From Candidatus Bathyarchaeota archaeon (GTDB lineage Archaea > Thermoproteota > Bathyarchaeia > Bathyarchaeales > Bathycorpusculaceae), in contig CAVTBV010000012.1 in the NCBI GenBank assembly GCA_963733095.1, positions 352,001 to 416,000 on the forward strand: a DNA stretch of 64,000 bases. Reading direction: 5' to 3'. Position 1 is the stretch's first letter. Each line of letters begins with the position of its first letter. This document shows positions 50,371 through 61,111 of the stretch, one piece after another. The position numbers and the translations under genes are program-made. The notes under the pieces are model-generated. The model was given only the letters and a program-made list of their open reading frames with translations. It ran no database searches and was not told where the DNA came from.

Positions 50371-51662
50371 GGTCCACCTTGTATCCGTTGACTAGCCATC
50401 AAATCGTTCAGCTCCTCACGCCTGCGAACCAAAACATCCTTGCCCTGTCTAATCATAACTTCCGCCGCTCGAGGTCGCGAGTTGTACTGAGAACTCATGC
50501 TAAAACCGTAGGCGCCAGCGTTGAGAACTGCCAGCAAATTGCCTTCCTCAACAAGCGGTAACTTCCGGTCTTTGGCTAAGGCATCGCCTGACTCGCAGAT
50601 CGGACCTACTACATCGTAGGTTTCCTTGTCGGCTTTTGCCAGCTTGTTGGTAACTAAGATTGGATGATAGGATCCATACATTGTTGGCCGCACCAGCGTG
50701 TTGAAGCCTGCGTCTACGCCGACAAATTTCTTGGATGGAGTCTGCTTTACAGTGTTAACGCCTGTTAGCAGTATGCTTGCGTCACAAACCAGGTACCTGC
50801 CCGGTTCCACACATAGAAACGGCTTACCTAAACCATACTCCTTGACCTTTGTTTTGAAGGGGGAAACGATTTTGCTGGAAAATTCGGCAAGGTCGAGGTC
50901 TTTGTCTTCTGGCTTGTATGGAATTCCCAGTCCTCCTCCAATGTCGATGAATTCGAATTCGACGCCTACCTCCTCATGTACTCGCTTAGCTATGCTTAAA
51001 AGTTTTTCAACGGCTAAAGCGTACGGCTCAACGCCTAGGATACCTGACCCAATGTGCATGTGGATGCCGAAACGTTCGACTCTGGCACGCTTGGCAATAG
51101 CATAAGCTTGAATTACTTCTTCTTCCCAAAGTCCAAATTTTGATTCGGGACCTGCTGTTATGCAGTGGTTGTGGTGTCCTGCACCAACTTCGGGGTTGAC
51201 TCGCACAGATACGACTGGTGGCACAGTAATCTTGAGTAATCTGTCTAGTTCTGATTGTGAATCCACGTTGATGGTAATATTTGCGCCGGCGAGGAACTTT
51301 AATTCGTCGTCTCGCACGCTGGTTCCAGTGAACAGTATGCGGTCGGGCGTGAATCCGCTGCTTAAGCCCATGAATACTTCTCCTGGACTAACAGTGTCTA
51401 GGTAGGCGCCTTCTGACTGCAGAATCCTAAGAATGGTCAGGTTGCTGTTGGCTTTGCAGGCATAGTAGACGCGGAGATGCTTGTAGCTGCTGATTAGGGC
51501 GTTGTGGAGACGGTTGTAGTTGTCTCTTATTCGTTTCTCGCTCAGCACATAAAGTGGGGTATCGTATTTTTTTGCTAAATCCTCAACGGAGAAACCGTCG
51601 AAGAAGAGGTTGCCTTTTCGGTCTTCTAAGGGTTCACGAAGCGTTCTCTTAACCATCCACAC
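50367..51662 (-). CDS. lysA: Diaminopimelate decarboxylase
   Basis: YACKAN, SKFG, HMHIGS, EPGR, GPICESGD and YNSRPR. Confidence 0.95.
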   Translation of the reverse strand: MWMVKRTLREPLEDRKGNLFFDGFSVEDLAKKYDTPLYVLSEKRIRDNYNRLHNALISSYKHLRVYYACKANSNLTILRILQSEGAYLDTVSPGEVFMGLSSGFTPDRILFTGTSVRDDELKFLAGANITINVDSQSELDRLLKITVPPVVSVRVNPEVGAGHHNHCITAGPESKFGLWEEEVIQAYAIAKRARVERFGIHMHIGSGILGVEPYALAVEKLLSIAKRVHEEVGVEFEFIDIGGGLGIPYKPEDKDLDLAEFSSKIVSPFKTKVKEYGLGKPFLCVEPGRYLVCDASILLTGVNTVKQTPSKKFVGVDAGFNTLVRPTMYGSYHPILVTNKLAKADKETYDVVGPICESGDALAKDRKLPLVEEGNLLAVLNAGAYGFSMSSQYNSRPRAAEVMIRQGKDVLVRRREELNDLMASQRIQGGP

Positions 51663-51697
51663 ACACCAAACTCTACCAGTTATCGTTTGAGCGGCAT

Positions 51698-52756
51698 TTA
51701 AGCTAAACCGTTAGCCACATACAACTCTGCGCTAAGTATACCACCGCCTGCAGCGCCCCGAACTGTATTGTGCCCAAGGCACATGTACTTGAAAGTCATG
51801 ATTGGGTCTTTGCGGATTCTGCCGACGACAACACTTTGTCCGTTGCCCGTGTCTCTGTCGTAGCGCGGTTGAGGGCGATTCTTTTCGTGGCGAACAACGA
51901 TTGGTTGGGCTGGCGCAGATGGCAACTTGAGAAGTTGCGGTGCACCCTTGAAATCTTCAAAGGCTGCCTCAATTTGCTCAATCGAGGGTTCTTGGTCTAG
52001 CTTTACGAATATGGATTCTAAGTGGCCATCTTTAACGTGTACGCGGTTGCAGCTGGCGCTAATCTGGAAATCGGCGTTCTGGATAACTCCACGGTTGTAT
52101 GTTCCAAGAATTTTCAGGGCCTCGGTCTCCATCTTGTCTTCTTCGCCTGAGATGAAGGGAACAACGTTGTCGATGATGTCAAGGGAGGCTACTCCCGGAT
52201 AACCTGCTCCGCTGAGGGCTTGCATCGTAGTAACCATTACTTGTCTTAAGCCGAACTGCATGAGAGGCTTTAGCGTAATTGCCATTTGGATGGTGCTGCA
52301 GTTTGGGTCAGTGGAAACAAAGCCCTTCCAACCTCGAAGGTTCTGCTGGACCTTGACTAACTCAGCATGGTCAGGGTTAATTTCGGGAATAATAAGTGGA
52401 ACATCTTTGTCCATTCTGTGAGCACTTGCCTTACTAAACACTGGATACAGTGCTGCGAATTCTGCTTCAATTGGACCAGCCAAATCTCCAGGCATAGAAG
52501 AGAACACCAGGTCCACATCTCCAGCCTTTTCGACTGATGCCACGTCAGCGTTAACAACGGGCATTTCAGCGATTTCTTTAGGCAGATTCGACTCCATCAG
52601 CCAGTTGCAGGCATCCCTGTATTTTTTGCCTGCTGACCGCTCTGAAGCGGCAAGCACCTCAATCTTGAACCATGGGTGACCGTGCAGGAGTTGAATGTAC
52701 CGTTGTCCAACGGCTCCAGTTGCGCCTAAGATGGCGACCTTACGTTTATTCGACAT
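51698..52756 (-). CDS. asd: Aspartate-semialdehyde dehydrogenase
   Basis: GATGAVGQ, PNCST, QALSGAGY and HNTVRGAAGG. Confidence 0.95.
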   Translation of the reverse strand: MSNKRKVAILGATGAVGQRYIQLLHGHPWFKIEVLAASERSAGKKYRDACNWLMESNLPKEIAEMPVVNADVASVEKAGDVDLVFSSMPGDLAGPIEAEFAALYPVFSKASAHRMDKDVPLIIPEINPDHAELVKVQQNLRGWKGFVSTDPNCSTIQMAITLKPLMQFGLRQVMVTTMQALSGAGYPGVASLDIIDNVVPFISGEEDKMETEALKILGTYNRGVIQNADFQISASCNRVHVKDGHLESIFVKLDQEPSIEQIEAAFEDFKGAPQLLKLPSAPAQPIVVRHEKNRPQPRYDRDTGNGQSVVVGRIRKDPIMTFKYMCLGHNTVRGAAGGGILSAELYVANGLA

Positions 52757-52823
52757 TGGTTGTTTCTTCCTTTGCTCTTTTCACTCTGTTCTTTCTCGAT
52801 AAAAAAGTTAATGGTTTTGCTGG

Positions 52824-53618
52824 TTAAGTTAAGCCTAAAACATCAGCCATACTGTAGACTTTAGGCTGGTTTTGCTTGCTTAACCATTCAGCAGCATAAA
52901 CGGCGCCCTGTGCTAACACGTTCCTTGAGAAGGCTGTATGCTCGATTCGCAGCATCTCGTTTGGTCCTGCAACGATCAAGTTGTGGATTCCAGCTACACC
53001 CCCCGCACGTAAAGCGGTAACTTCGAGTTCGTCAGATTGGCGTGGGCTTATACCTTCTCGGCCATACACTATTTTCGTGTAGCCCCGAATATTTGCAACG
53101 ATTTCTCCCAGTTTCTTGGCGGTTCCGCTTGGGGCATCCTTCTTTCCTGTGTGGTGTATTTCATTTATGCTGAAATCATAACCTTGTGGAAACGCTTTGA
53201 GCTCTTCGGTTAGTTTGAAGAGGATGTTTACGCCTACGCTGTAGTTTGGCGAGAACACTGCTGGAACTTTTCCCGACATTGCAGAGACTATTTGTCGATT
53301 TTGTACTGGAGTAAAGCCTGTGGTTCCTAAGATAATGCGTTTTCCAAGGTTTGCAACGATTGGAATGTTGATGACTTCCGCCACAGGCATTGTGAAGCTC
53401 AAATAGACGTCGGCGTCTTTGGCGGCTTCGTTTAACCTGTCGGAAGCGAGGATTTTTGTGTCGGAATTAGCGATGTTTAGTTCACGCAGGCTTTTTCCGA
53501 TGGCTGGTGCGTTTGGTGCCTCTATGGCGCCAACGATCTGGTGTCCCTTTGCGGTGGCTTCAGCTATGATGGCGTTGCCCATTCTGCCTGCGGCACCGGC
53601 TACGCAGAGCTTAAGCAT
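52824..53618 (-). CDS. dapB: 4-hydroxy-tetrahydrodipicolinate reductase
   Basis: GAAGRMG, GTTG and EIHHTGKKDAPSGTA. Confidence 0.95.
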   Translation of the reverse strand: MLKLCVAGAAGRMGNAIIAEATAKGHQIVGAIEAPNAPAIGKSLRELNIANSDTKILASDRLNEAAKDADVYLSFTMPVAEVINIPIVANLGKRIILGTTGFTPVQNRQIVSAMSGKVPAVFSPNYSVGVNILFKLTEELKAFPQGYDFSINEIHHTGKKDAPSGTAKKLGEIVANIRGYTKIVYGREGISPRQSDELEVTALRAGGVAGIHNLIVAGPNEMLRIEHTAFSRNVLAQGAVYAAEWLSKQNQPKVYSMADVLGLT

Positions 53619-54648
53619 ACGTTAATCCCTCAAGGTACTTCTCGCTGTAAAGACGATCTTTCAGGTCAACGTTAAAGTGCTTTGCAATTGGTTCTAGAAC
53701 CTGCGGGTTTGCCTCGTAGACCTTGCGTGCATTAGCTAAGACAATTTCTAAGCCGTTGTGTGTCATCTTGCCTAACGGTTGCCTGCAGGGTCCAGCTGGC
53801 AGGCCCAACACATTCATGAGGGTCTTGCATGCGAGCGGGTTTCGGGCTTTACACAAGACTTGACCGTATGGCGTTTGCTCTTGGGTCTTTACGGTGACTA
53901 TGTCGAAGAGCGGTTGGAGGGCTTGAGCGATTACGCTTGCAGCTTCCTCGTTGCCATCTAGGCAATAATGCACCATGTCAGACATGGCGCGGGGTGCAAT
54001 GTTGGACATGACAGATATGACGCCGTTTGCCTTAATGTCGGGTGAAACCATCATTGTGTACGTCTTTTCATCGTCACCGCTTAAAATAGCAAAGTCATCT
54101 CCGCAAAGGCTGCGAGTTAACTCTGCATTCTTGAGGTCGCCTGTGGCTTCCTTTACACAGCTGACGTTTGGATACTGGTGGTGCAGAACGGCGAGGTCAG
54201 GGGGAAACAGTTGTGTGCCTGTTCTGCCTGGGATTATGTATGGAATGACTTGGATTTCTGGGAACTGCTTTGCTATGGGTTCGATGTATTCGCGGCGGAT
54301 CTCCAGCGAGCTGGGTCCATTGTAGTAGGGGTCAACAAGCAATACGGCTTCGACACCTGCGTCGTGGGCGTGTGCGGTGCCTTCGATGGCTTCCTGTGTT
54401 GAATTGCTGCCTGTGCCCGCGATTGTTATACACCGTTTGCCTGAGTCTTCATTCACCATCTCGATAACTTTGCTGTGCTCCTCCCAAGACAGGGTTGGGC
54501 TTTCGCCGGTTGTACCGACGGCTAGCAGGCCTTTGACGCCGTTTTTTATTTGGAAATCTACTAATTGCTGTAATCCTTCGTAATCGACTTGGCGATTACG
54601 GTTCATGGGAGTTATTAAGGCTGTGTAGCAACCACTGAATGTCACCAT
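53611..54648 (-). CDS. dapA: 4-hydroxy-tetrahydrodipicolinate synthase
   Basis: TALITP, GTTGES, PYYN, KEATG and SGDD. Confidence 0.95.
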   Translation of the reverse strand: MVTFSGCYTALITPMNRNRQVDYEGLQQLVDFQIKNGVKGLLAVGTTGESPTLSWEEHSKVIEMVNEDSGKRCITIAGTGSNSTQEAIEGTAHAHDAGVEAVLLVDPYYNGPSSLEIRREYIEPIAKQFPEIQVIPYIIPGRTGTQLFPPDLAVLHHQYPNVSCVKEATGDLKNAELTRSLCGDDFAILSGDDEKTYTMMVSPDIKANGVISVMSNIAPRAMSDMVHYCLDGNEEAASVIAQALQPLFDIVTVKTQEQTPYGQVLCKARNPLACKTLMNVLGLPAGPCRQPLGKMTHNGLEIVLANARKVYEANPQVLEPIAKHFNVDLKDRLYSEKYLEGLTYA

Positions 54649-54768
54649 TTTTTATTCCTCTTGAAGTGGGGAATATTGGTGGACAGATTATTTAAGCGTT
54701 ACGTTTTACAGATAATTTTTACTAAAAACGTAAATACAATGAATTAAATAACGTAAACCACTCTCCAA

Positions 54769-55089
54769 TTAACATTTTTCAGAGACAACCAACGGCTCAA
54801 CATGATAAGCTGTGAAAAGCCCATCACAAACCCCATAAATCCTCCTAAAGTACTCAACCGCATCCTCAAGCTCTAACGCCGAGGGAATAATTGACTTAAA
54901 ATTATCCAAACGCAAAATATCCAAAAGCGATCCACACTCAATCTTCACAATTTTCATTCGCAATATACGTGGACCAGATTGAAAAACAGCTATTTCGCCA
55001 GGCTTAGGGGACCCTTTTCGGACATCGATTATTTTTTGACCGTTCATTAGCCAATCGAATACTTCTTTCTTTGCAAGGAACCATGGCAA
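54769..55089 (-). CDS. ASCH/PUA-like domain protein
   Basis: FDWLMNGQKIIDVR resembles the ASCH G-x-K-x-x-E-x-R motif. Confidence 0.6.
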   Translation of the reverse strand: MPWFLAKKEVFDWLMNGQKIIDVRKGSPKPGEIAVFQSGPRILRMKIVKIECGSLLDILRLDNFKSIIPSALELEDAVEYFRRIYGVCDGLFTAYHVEPLVVSEKC

Positions 55090-55210
55090 ATTGAATACCT
55101 ATGCCTCATTGCCTTGGATACAAGATAAGTTTTCGGTTGAAAAGCGAATACAGAATTTAATATAAAATAGGAAAAAATGGGTTGGAAAACGTAGAAGATT
55201 GTTTGCTGGT

Positions 55211-55408
55211 TTACCCTTTGCCTTTTTCTTCTTTACCGAAGTACTTAGTCCACTTTAGTTTGCGTGCGTCGCGTTTGAATGCTAAACTGCTTTTCTTGCA
55301 TTTGCTGGAATCGAACCAAAGGATTGAACCGTCGTTTTTAACGTACATCATGCCTGTGCCAGCTGGGAAATCAGCACCACAGAACGAACATTTTCTAGGT
55401 TTTGGCAT
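55211..55408 (-). CDS. rpl24e: 50S ribosomal protein L24e
   Basis: CSFCG...GTGMMYVKNDG..SSKC..KWT. Confidence 0.95.
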   Translation of the reverse strand: MPKPRKCSFCGADFPAGTGMMYVKNDGSILWFDSSKCKKSSLAFKRDARKLKWTKYFGKEEKGKG

Positions 55409-55429
55409 GATAATTTCTCCAGGTTATTT

Positions 55430-55648
55430 TTACCGAGTTATTTTCTTTGCTTCTCTTTCTGTTTCTCGCAGCATCAGAATATCTTGTGCTCTTACTGGTC
55501 CTTTAACGTTGCGTGTAATGATTCGACCTTTATCTTTGCCTTCCATGATGCGGACGCGGACTTGTGTGATTTCGCCTGTTACGCCTGTGCGACCTATGAC
55601 TTGTATGACTTCCGACGGAACTAGTTCTTCAGCTGCTTCTTTACTCAT
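55430..55648 (-). CDS. rps28e: 30S ribosomal protein S28e
   Basis: [14 protein letters not shown] and [18 protein letters not shown]. Confidence 0.97.
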   Translation of the reverse strand: MSKEAAEELVPSEVIQVIGRTGVTGEITQVRVRIMEGKDKGRIITRNVKGPVRAQDILMLRETEREAKKITR

Positions 55649-56028
55649 TACTGAGTTCCTCGTTTAACCTGATCAATTCTGGTAACGATTTCTTTGAGTA
55701 ATCCTGCTGCCTCTCCTTCTCTTATGATGCATGCTGCTGCACATGGCACGTCGATACCGATAGATTTGCCGAGTTGTTCTTTGCTTGGTACGAATACGTA
55801 TGGAATTTTTCTTTCGTCACAAAGTAGTGGCAGGTGCGCTATTACTTCTGGCGGGTCAACATCTTCAGCTATAACGACAAGTTTTGCTTGTGAGCGCTCA
55901 ACTGCTTTTGTTGCCTCGTTTGTTCCTTTCCTAACAGATCCTGATTTTGAAGCAATCGTTAGGGCTTCATAGGCTGCATCTACGATTTCTTTTGGGACTT
56001 CATATTTTACATAGAATGGTTTTGACAT
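55648..56028 (-). CDS. rpl7ae: 50S ribosomal protein L7Ae
   Basis: [13 protein letters not shown] and [15 protein letters not shown]. Confidence 0.97.
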   Translation of the reverse strand: MSKPFYVKYEVPKEIVDAAYEALTIASKSGSVRKGTNEATKAVERSQAKLVVIAEDVDPPEVIAHLPLLCDERKIPYVFVPSKEQLGKSIGIDVPCAAACIIREGEAAGLLKEIVTRIDQVKRGTQ

Positions 56029-56183
56029 ATTAGCCTCACCCTTTTAAGGCACAGTCTTATCCACACTTCATGTTTAATAATCTTTCGACTGCAAAAGTGA
56101 ATACTTGTTCTTTTGGCTTATAAATCACTTAGAAAACTTTATATAAACTGTTACGGGTCAATACATGGTTTTCGAGAGGGGAA

Positions 56184-56438
56184 TTGCGTTTGCAAAGATT
56201 GGGCAAGGTTTCAAATGTAACTCCATCGCGAAACATGGTGGTAAAGGCAGAAAATCCCCCGAAAATGGGTTTTGAAGTTGTCGATGAAAATTTAAACGTT
56301 GTCGGTAAAGTTTTTGACATTATCGGTCCCGTCTCAGCACCTTATGCCGTAGTTAAAACAAGCATCAGGGAACCTGAGAAACTCGTGAATAAACCAGTGT
56401 ACTTGCTTCTCTCGAAAACAAAACGGAGCAAGAGATAA
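56184..56438 (+). CDS. gar1: H/ACA RNP protein Gar1
   Basis: [15 protein letters not shown], in the usual gar1-tfb context. Confidence 0.85.
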   Translation: MRLQRLGKVSNVTPSRNMVVKAENPPKMGFEVVDENLNVVGKVFDIIGPVSAPYAVVKTSIREPEKLVNKPVYLLLSKTKRSKR

Positions 56439-56439
56439 T

Positions 56440-57414
56440 ATGAGTAGAGCTAGCAAGTTAACTGAACCCGTAAATCAAGATCAAGCAGCACCAAAAGCAG
56501 AGCCAACCAAAGTTCAAGTGTGCCCCGAATGCGGTAGCACACGGCTCATGCGTGACTATGAATGCGCCGAAATAGTGTGCATGGACTGCGGTTTCGTCGT
56601 AGCAGCAAAGATTGCTGACAGAGGACCAGAATGGAGAGCTTTTGATGATGAGCAAAGATCAAAGAGAACCCGTGTTGGAGCACCCTTAACATACACCATA
56701 CATGATAAAGGGTTATCAACAACTATCGATTGGCATGACAGAGACATCTACGGCAAAAGTCTCTCACCAGGCCAGAAAGCCCAAGTTTACCGCCTTCGGA
56801 AATGGCAGCGGCGCATCAGGGTTTCAGATGCAACAGAACGCAACTTGGCTTTTGCACTCTCAGAAATCACAAAGATTTCAAACAACCTAAACCTTCCAAA
56901 GAACATCCTTGAAACAGCCTCAGTAATTTACCGCAAAGCAGTAAAAGAACGTTTAATCCGAGGCAGATCAATCCAAGGAGTTACCTCAGCGGCTCTATAT
57001 TTGGCGTGTAGACAATGTGGTTTACCCCGAACCCTCGACGAAATCGCACTATCATCAGGAGTTAACAAAAAAGAAGTTGGACGAAGCTACCGTTTCCTAA
57101 TCAGAGAACTAAACTACTCCATCCCGCCACTGAGACCAAGCCAATACATCACAAAGTTCTCCAACCAACTTACCATGCAGGGAAAAGTTGAGGAGATAGC
57201 ACACAAAATCTTAGCCGCAGCAAAAGAACTTAAACTCACCTCAGGCAGAGGACCAACAGGTATAGCAGCCGCAGCAAGCTACGTTGCATCCGTCTTAACT
57301 GGCGAGCGCAAGACACAAAGGGAAATCGCCGAGATTGCACAGGTAACGGAAGTTACAATACGCAACAGGTACAAAGAACTCGCCGAGCGCTTAATGTTCC
57401 AAATAAGCATCTAA
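56440..57414 (+). CDS. tfb: Transcription initiation factor IIB
   Basis: Zn ribbon CPECG, GPEWRAF, RLRKWQ and [10 protein letters not shown]. Confidence 0.97.
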   Translation: MSRASKLTEPVNQDQAAPKAEPTKVQVCPECGSTRLMRDYECAEIVCMDCGFVVAAKIADRGPEWRAFDDEQRSKRTRVGAPLTYTIHDKGLSTTIDWHDRDIYGKSLSPGQKAQVYRLRKWQRRIRVSDATERNLAFALSEITKISNNLNLPKNILETASVIYRKAVKERLIRGRSIQGVTSAALYLACRQCGLPRTLDEIALSSGVNKKEVGRSYRFLIRELNYSIPPLRPSQYITKFSNQLTMQGKVEEIAHKILAAAKELKLTSGRGPTGIAAAASYVASVLTGERKTQREIAEIAQVTEVTIRNRYKELAERLMFQISI

Positions 57415-57451
57415 ACACCCACATTTTCTTTTTCATTTCTAAGGTCTATCC

Positions 57452-57703
57452 ATGACTGATTGCGATGCAAAGAAGTCAAGCAGACCCAAAATGGAAAAGA
57501 CAATTGCTAAACTAAAAGAAATCCACATAGAGCTTAGACAAAACCGCGACAGATTACACCAGAAAATAGAAGTGCTCGACTCAAAGTCAGAGTTGTAAAG
57601 CACCATTGAAGATTTAAAGATAGATGCGGAGATGAGAGCCAGCGTTCTTGAAGTTGAGGTGAAAAGATTCCGGGAAGACCTTGAGTCAATCAGGGAGTTT
57701 TAG
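57452..57703 (+). pseudogene. Coiled-coil small protein with in-frame TAA (57596-57598)
   Basis: MTDCDAKK...KSEL*STIEDLKIDAEMRASVLEVEVKRFREDLESIREF*. Heptad pattern continues across the stop. Confidence 0.45.
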
Positions 57704-57789
57704 GTTTAAATTTGGACAAATGTAATTCAGGCAATTATTAATCTTGGATAAGCAATTTTTTTAAGTGTGCAAGTTGCTTATGCTAACCT

Positions 57790-58404
57790 ATGCCCTATAA
57801 ATTCACTTTCGACCTCTCAAAGGTCCCGCGGTTCTTCTTTACTGAAATTGCTTTGATTAGTTACCAGAAGGGCATGCATAAAAGCTTCCTAACCACACTC
57901 AACGATTTGATCCTAAAGTTTAGGATTCAAGAAGCAACTGGACTCAACCTTTCAGACGCGGTTGCTTTGCTCCAGGATCTGATTGATTTACAAGCCATAA
58001 ACAGCATGGAAAGAGGCAGGTTCTTACAGACCAAGAAGAGAGCGATTTTCCTACCGCACTGCTCTCGAAAATACATGGATAATCGCTGTAAAGCAACATT
58101 CAACCCAGATATTCCAAGCTACACCTGTGCGAATTGCTCGGATGATTGTATGGTGAACAAGGCGGACCAGTATGCCAGAAAGAAGGGCTACGATGTTTAC
58201 TTGTTGCCGGGCGGCTCCTGCATACCGAAGATACTTAAAAACAGCCATTACGAAGGCATCGTTGGCGTGGCATGTGGGGAAGAAATGAAAATTATGGGTC
58301 CACTTCTCAGCGGCATGAACGTTACCGGGCAAGGCATACCACTGATAAAGAATGGTTGTGCAAGCACCGTTTTCAACATGGAAACCCTAAAAAAAGTGCT
58401 CTAA
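57790..58404 (+). CDS. DUF116-family Cys-rich protein
   Basis: FLPHC, CANC..C, PGGS, GVAC and PL.KNGC. Confidence 0.8.
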   Translation: MPYKFTFDLSKVPRFFFTEIALISYQKGMHKSFLTTLNDLILKFRIQEATGLNLSDAVALLQDLIDLQAINSMERGRFLQTKKRAIFLPHCSRKYMDNRCKATFNPDIPSYTCANCSDDCMVNKADQYARKKGYDVYLLPGGSCIPKILKNSHYEGIVGVACGEEMKIMGPLLSGMNVTGQGIPLIKNGCASTVFNMETLKKVL

Positions 58405-58824
58405 CCGCTTTACCTTGCTAATTGCTAGTTTAAGCGTGTAGCAAAGCTTACCATACTAAACCTTACCAAGAGAGTACTTTTCTAATATTCATGCCAGAGA
58501 AAAAAGCAACTGCAAAAAAGATTGCTAAAAATCGTTTAAAACTGGCGAGTAATGCCCTCAATTCGGCTGCATGCCAGTTCTGCAAGGAAAAAGGTGAAAG
58601 AACCGCGCATACCATTGTCGAAAAAAGACGTTTCCACCCTGCAGAACGTACAACTCCGTTAAATGGGTATTAGTAATGGCTGCATAGCCGATGCTTACTG
58701 ATTTCATGCTTTAGTTGTGATATTAAGAGCTAAAAGTTCATTCAGCACATTTGATTCTTGGATAAAGGATAACACTAAGGAAAGGCTTGATTTTAAAAAA
58801 GCAAAGTAAAGAAAAGTAAACTGG

Positions 58825-58986
58825 TTACTTTACTATTTCTCGTTTCTTCCAGCGCAGGTTCTTGCCCTTGCACTTTCGGCATTTCAGCGCGGTTGAAGCA
58901 TTACGTGAGCCACAGTCTCGACAGATTTTCATGTACAGGCGATGTTCTTGCGCAATTGCCTTTTTAACTGGATCTAATATTGGCAT
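58825..58986 (-). CDS. rpl40e: 50S ribosomal protein L40e (not in ORF track)
   Basis: MPILDPVKKAIAQEHRLYMKICRDCGSRNASTALKCRKCKGKNLRWKKREIVK. Confidence 0.92.
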   Translation of the reverse strand: MPILDPVKKAIAQEHRLYMKICRDCGSRNASTALKCRKCKGKNLRWKKREIVK

Positions 58987-59086
58987 TTTATTGTTTACCT
59001 TCCATTTTGGCTAACTCTTTGATGGTTAAGTATCAAATATACCTTTTGTCTAAACTTACACATATTGCACAGAATACAAAAGTGGC

Positions 59087-59554
59087 CTACTTGATTACTT
59101 CAATAGTAACGTATGATCGAGTGTCTTCGATTCCGTCGATGCTGTAGAGTTTCTTTAATATTTCATCGAGGTTCTCACGCTCAACGATAATCAACGCGTC
59201 AACTTCGCCTGCGATGCGAAAAGCCCTCGAAACCGCGAGTTCTCGGATTTGCTCATATACTTGGATGCGTTTGATGGGTGAAACTTTGAGAAGTATGAAG
59301 GCGGGTGTTGTGGACACGCCCAGGGCTGTTAAGCCTTTTTCCGTGACGTCGATGAAGCCTCTTCCTGTCCGAATGTAGCCACGGTTTTTTAGTTTGCGTA
59401 GGTGTACGTTTAAGGCTTGTCTACTGACGCCTAATTGGCTGGATAGTTCGTCTTGTTTTGCTCTCAGGGTGTAGGTGTTTGTGGATTTGCCTTTTTCATA
59501 TAGGGTTTTTAAAAGTTGGATTGAACGTTTAGTTAATGGCTCCAAATTGGTCAC
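59087..59554 (-). CDS. Lrp/AsnC-like regulator
   Basis: HTH QDELSSQLGVSRQALNVHLRKL and a C-terminal RAM-like domain (IAGEVDA..GIEDTRS). Confidence 0.8.
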   Translation of the reverse strand: MTNLEPLTKRSIQLLKTLYEKGKSTNTYTLRAKQDELSSQLGVSRQALNVHLRKLKNRGYIRTGRGFIDVTEKGLTALGVSTTPAFILLKVSPIKRIQVYEQIRELAVSRAFRIAGEVDALIIVERENLDEILKKLYSIDGIEDTRSYVTIEVIK

Positions 59555-59777
59555 TTTAGTGGTGTTTTGTTAAGTTAAACCTTTACAATAGTTGCAATAC
59601 TTCCTTAAGAATCTGACTCTCAAAACTCTATTTCGAAGCTCATTAACCATCATAAAATTTTCTTTTAACCCAATTTCGTTTGTGCTTTTAGAAGGACCTA
59701 AAGGGTAAGGCCATATTGAGGGCTTCACTATCCATTAACATGCTAAAAAAGGTGTTAATAACTAAGGGCCTTTTAGC

Positions 59778-61109
59778 TTAGGGCGTTAATCTGACTCTAT
59801 CTCGTGGATAGAGAGTTACTTCACGGATGTTCTTGTTGCCAGTTAAAATCATTGTCAACCGCTCAAGTCCCAAACCCCATCCCGCATGTGGTGGCATACC
59901 GTAGTCATAGGCTTGCAAATGACTCTTGAACGATTCGGGGTTGAGCCCCTTCTCCTGAAGCCTCCGAATCAACTGGTCTTTTTGGGCTATTCGAGTTCCA
60001 CCCGACACTAATTCGATGTAGCGCCACATCAAATCAAACCCTTCGCAAAGTTCAGGCTTGTCTTCCCGCGGTTTAATGTAAAAGGCTTTTGCATGTGTTG
60101 GCCAATCTGTAATGAAGTAGAAGTATGGATAGAGTTTGCCTAGGACCCTAAAAGCCTCCGTCGGGATGTCTTCCCCCCATGGAATCATTACATCCTGCTT
60201 CTTCAAGTCCTCAAGGACTTGGTCGTAGGTTAAGCGCTTGAACGGGATGTCTGGAACCTCAAACTTGTACCCAAGCACCGACAACTTGCTGACACAGTTC
60301 TCTTTAACAACCATAAACGCATGGCGTATGACTTGTTCGAGGAGCGCCATAACATCAGTGGCGTTGGCAAAAGCTGCTTCGACGTCGACTGAAGTGAATT
60401 CGCTCAGGTGTCTTCGGGTGTGGGATTCTTCAGCACGGAAGAACGGCCCAACCTCGAACACTTTTTCAAAGCTCAATGTTAATTCTTCTTTGTAGAGTTG
60501 TGGGCTCTGTGCAAGGTAGGCTTTTTGCCCAAAATAGTCGACGCTGAAGAGTTCTGCCCCGCCTTCAGTTGCAGAAGCGATGATGCGTGGAGTATGAACT
60601 TCCAAAAAGCCCTTTTCAAACAGGAAGCTGCGCACTGCTTGAAGTGCTGTATGCTGGACCTTAAAGGTGGCTAGGCTTCGCTCTTGTGTGAGATCGAGTG
60701 GTCTTGCGTCTAAACGGGATTCGATGAGGGCCGGAGTCTTGCCGGTAATGTCTATTGGCAGTTGCTCTGTAGCTACGTTAAAAATTTTTATCGCATTGGG
60801 GATGACTTCTATGCCTCGGGGTGTCATTTTGGTTTTTTTGACGTTTCCCTTTACGCCGAGGCTGAACCTTTTCTGAAGAAGGTCAGACTTTGCTAAAACT
60901 TCAGGTTGGATTCGTTTTTTGGGGATGGTTAACTGGAGGGTTCCTTCGCGGTCCTGCATTATAATGAAGCGGATTCCGCCAAGATCACGAATGTCTTGAA
61001 CCCAACCAAAAAGAGTAACTTCCTGACCGTCAAGTTCAGATGTCACTTGGCATGTATAGTGAGTTCTAATCCAGTCGTCGATTGAGTCCAAATTCATGCT
61101 TTTTCGCAA
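59778..61109 (-). CDS. aspS: Aspartyl-tRNA synthetase, archaeal type (probably non-discriminating)
   Basis: ATEGGAELF, YLAQSPQLYK, FRAE..HT.RHL.EF, GMPPHAG.GLGLER and YPRD. Confidence 0.95.
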   Translation of the reverse strand: MRKSMNLDSIDDWIRTHYTCQVTSELDGQEVTLFGWVQDIRDLGGIRFIIMQDREGTLQLTIPKKRIQPEVLAKSDLLQKRFSLGVKGNVKKTKMTPRGIEVIPNAIKIFNVATEQLPIDITGKTPALIESRLDARPLDLTQERSLATFKVQHTALQAVRSFLFEKGFLEVHTPRIIASATEGGAELFSVDYFGQKAYLAQSPQLYKEELTLSFEKVFEVGPFFRAEESHTRRHLSEFTSVDVEAAFANATDVMALLEQVIRHAFMVVKENCVSKLSVLGYKFEVPDIPFKRLTYDQVLEDLKKQDVMIPWGEDIPTEAFRVLGKLYPYFYFITDWPTHAKAFYIKPREDKPELCEGFDLMWRYIELVSGGTRIAQKDQLIRRLQEKGLNPESFKSHLQAYDYGMPPHAGWGLGLERLTMILTGNKNIREVTLYPRDRVRLTP

Positions 61110-61111
61110 CC

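Noticed and set aside
55182-55667. 161-aa plus-strand ORF
   Set aside because: Antisense to rpl24e and rps28e.
58491-58673. 60-aa ORF between DUF116 and rpl40e
   Set aside because: No recognisable motif, so it cannot be supported.
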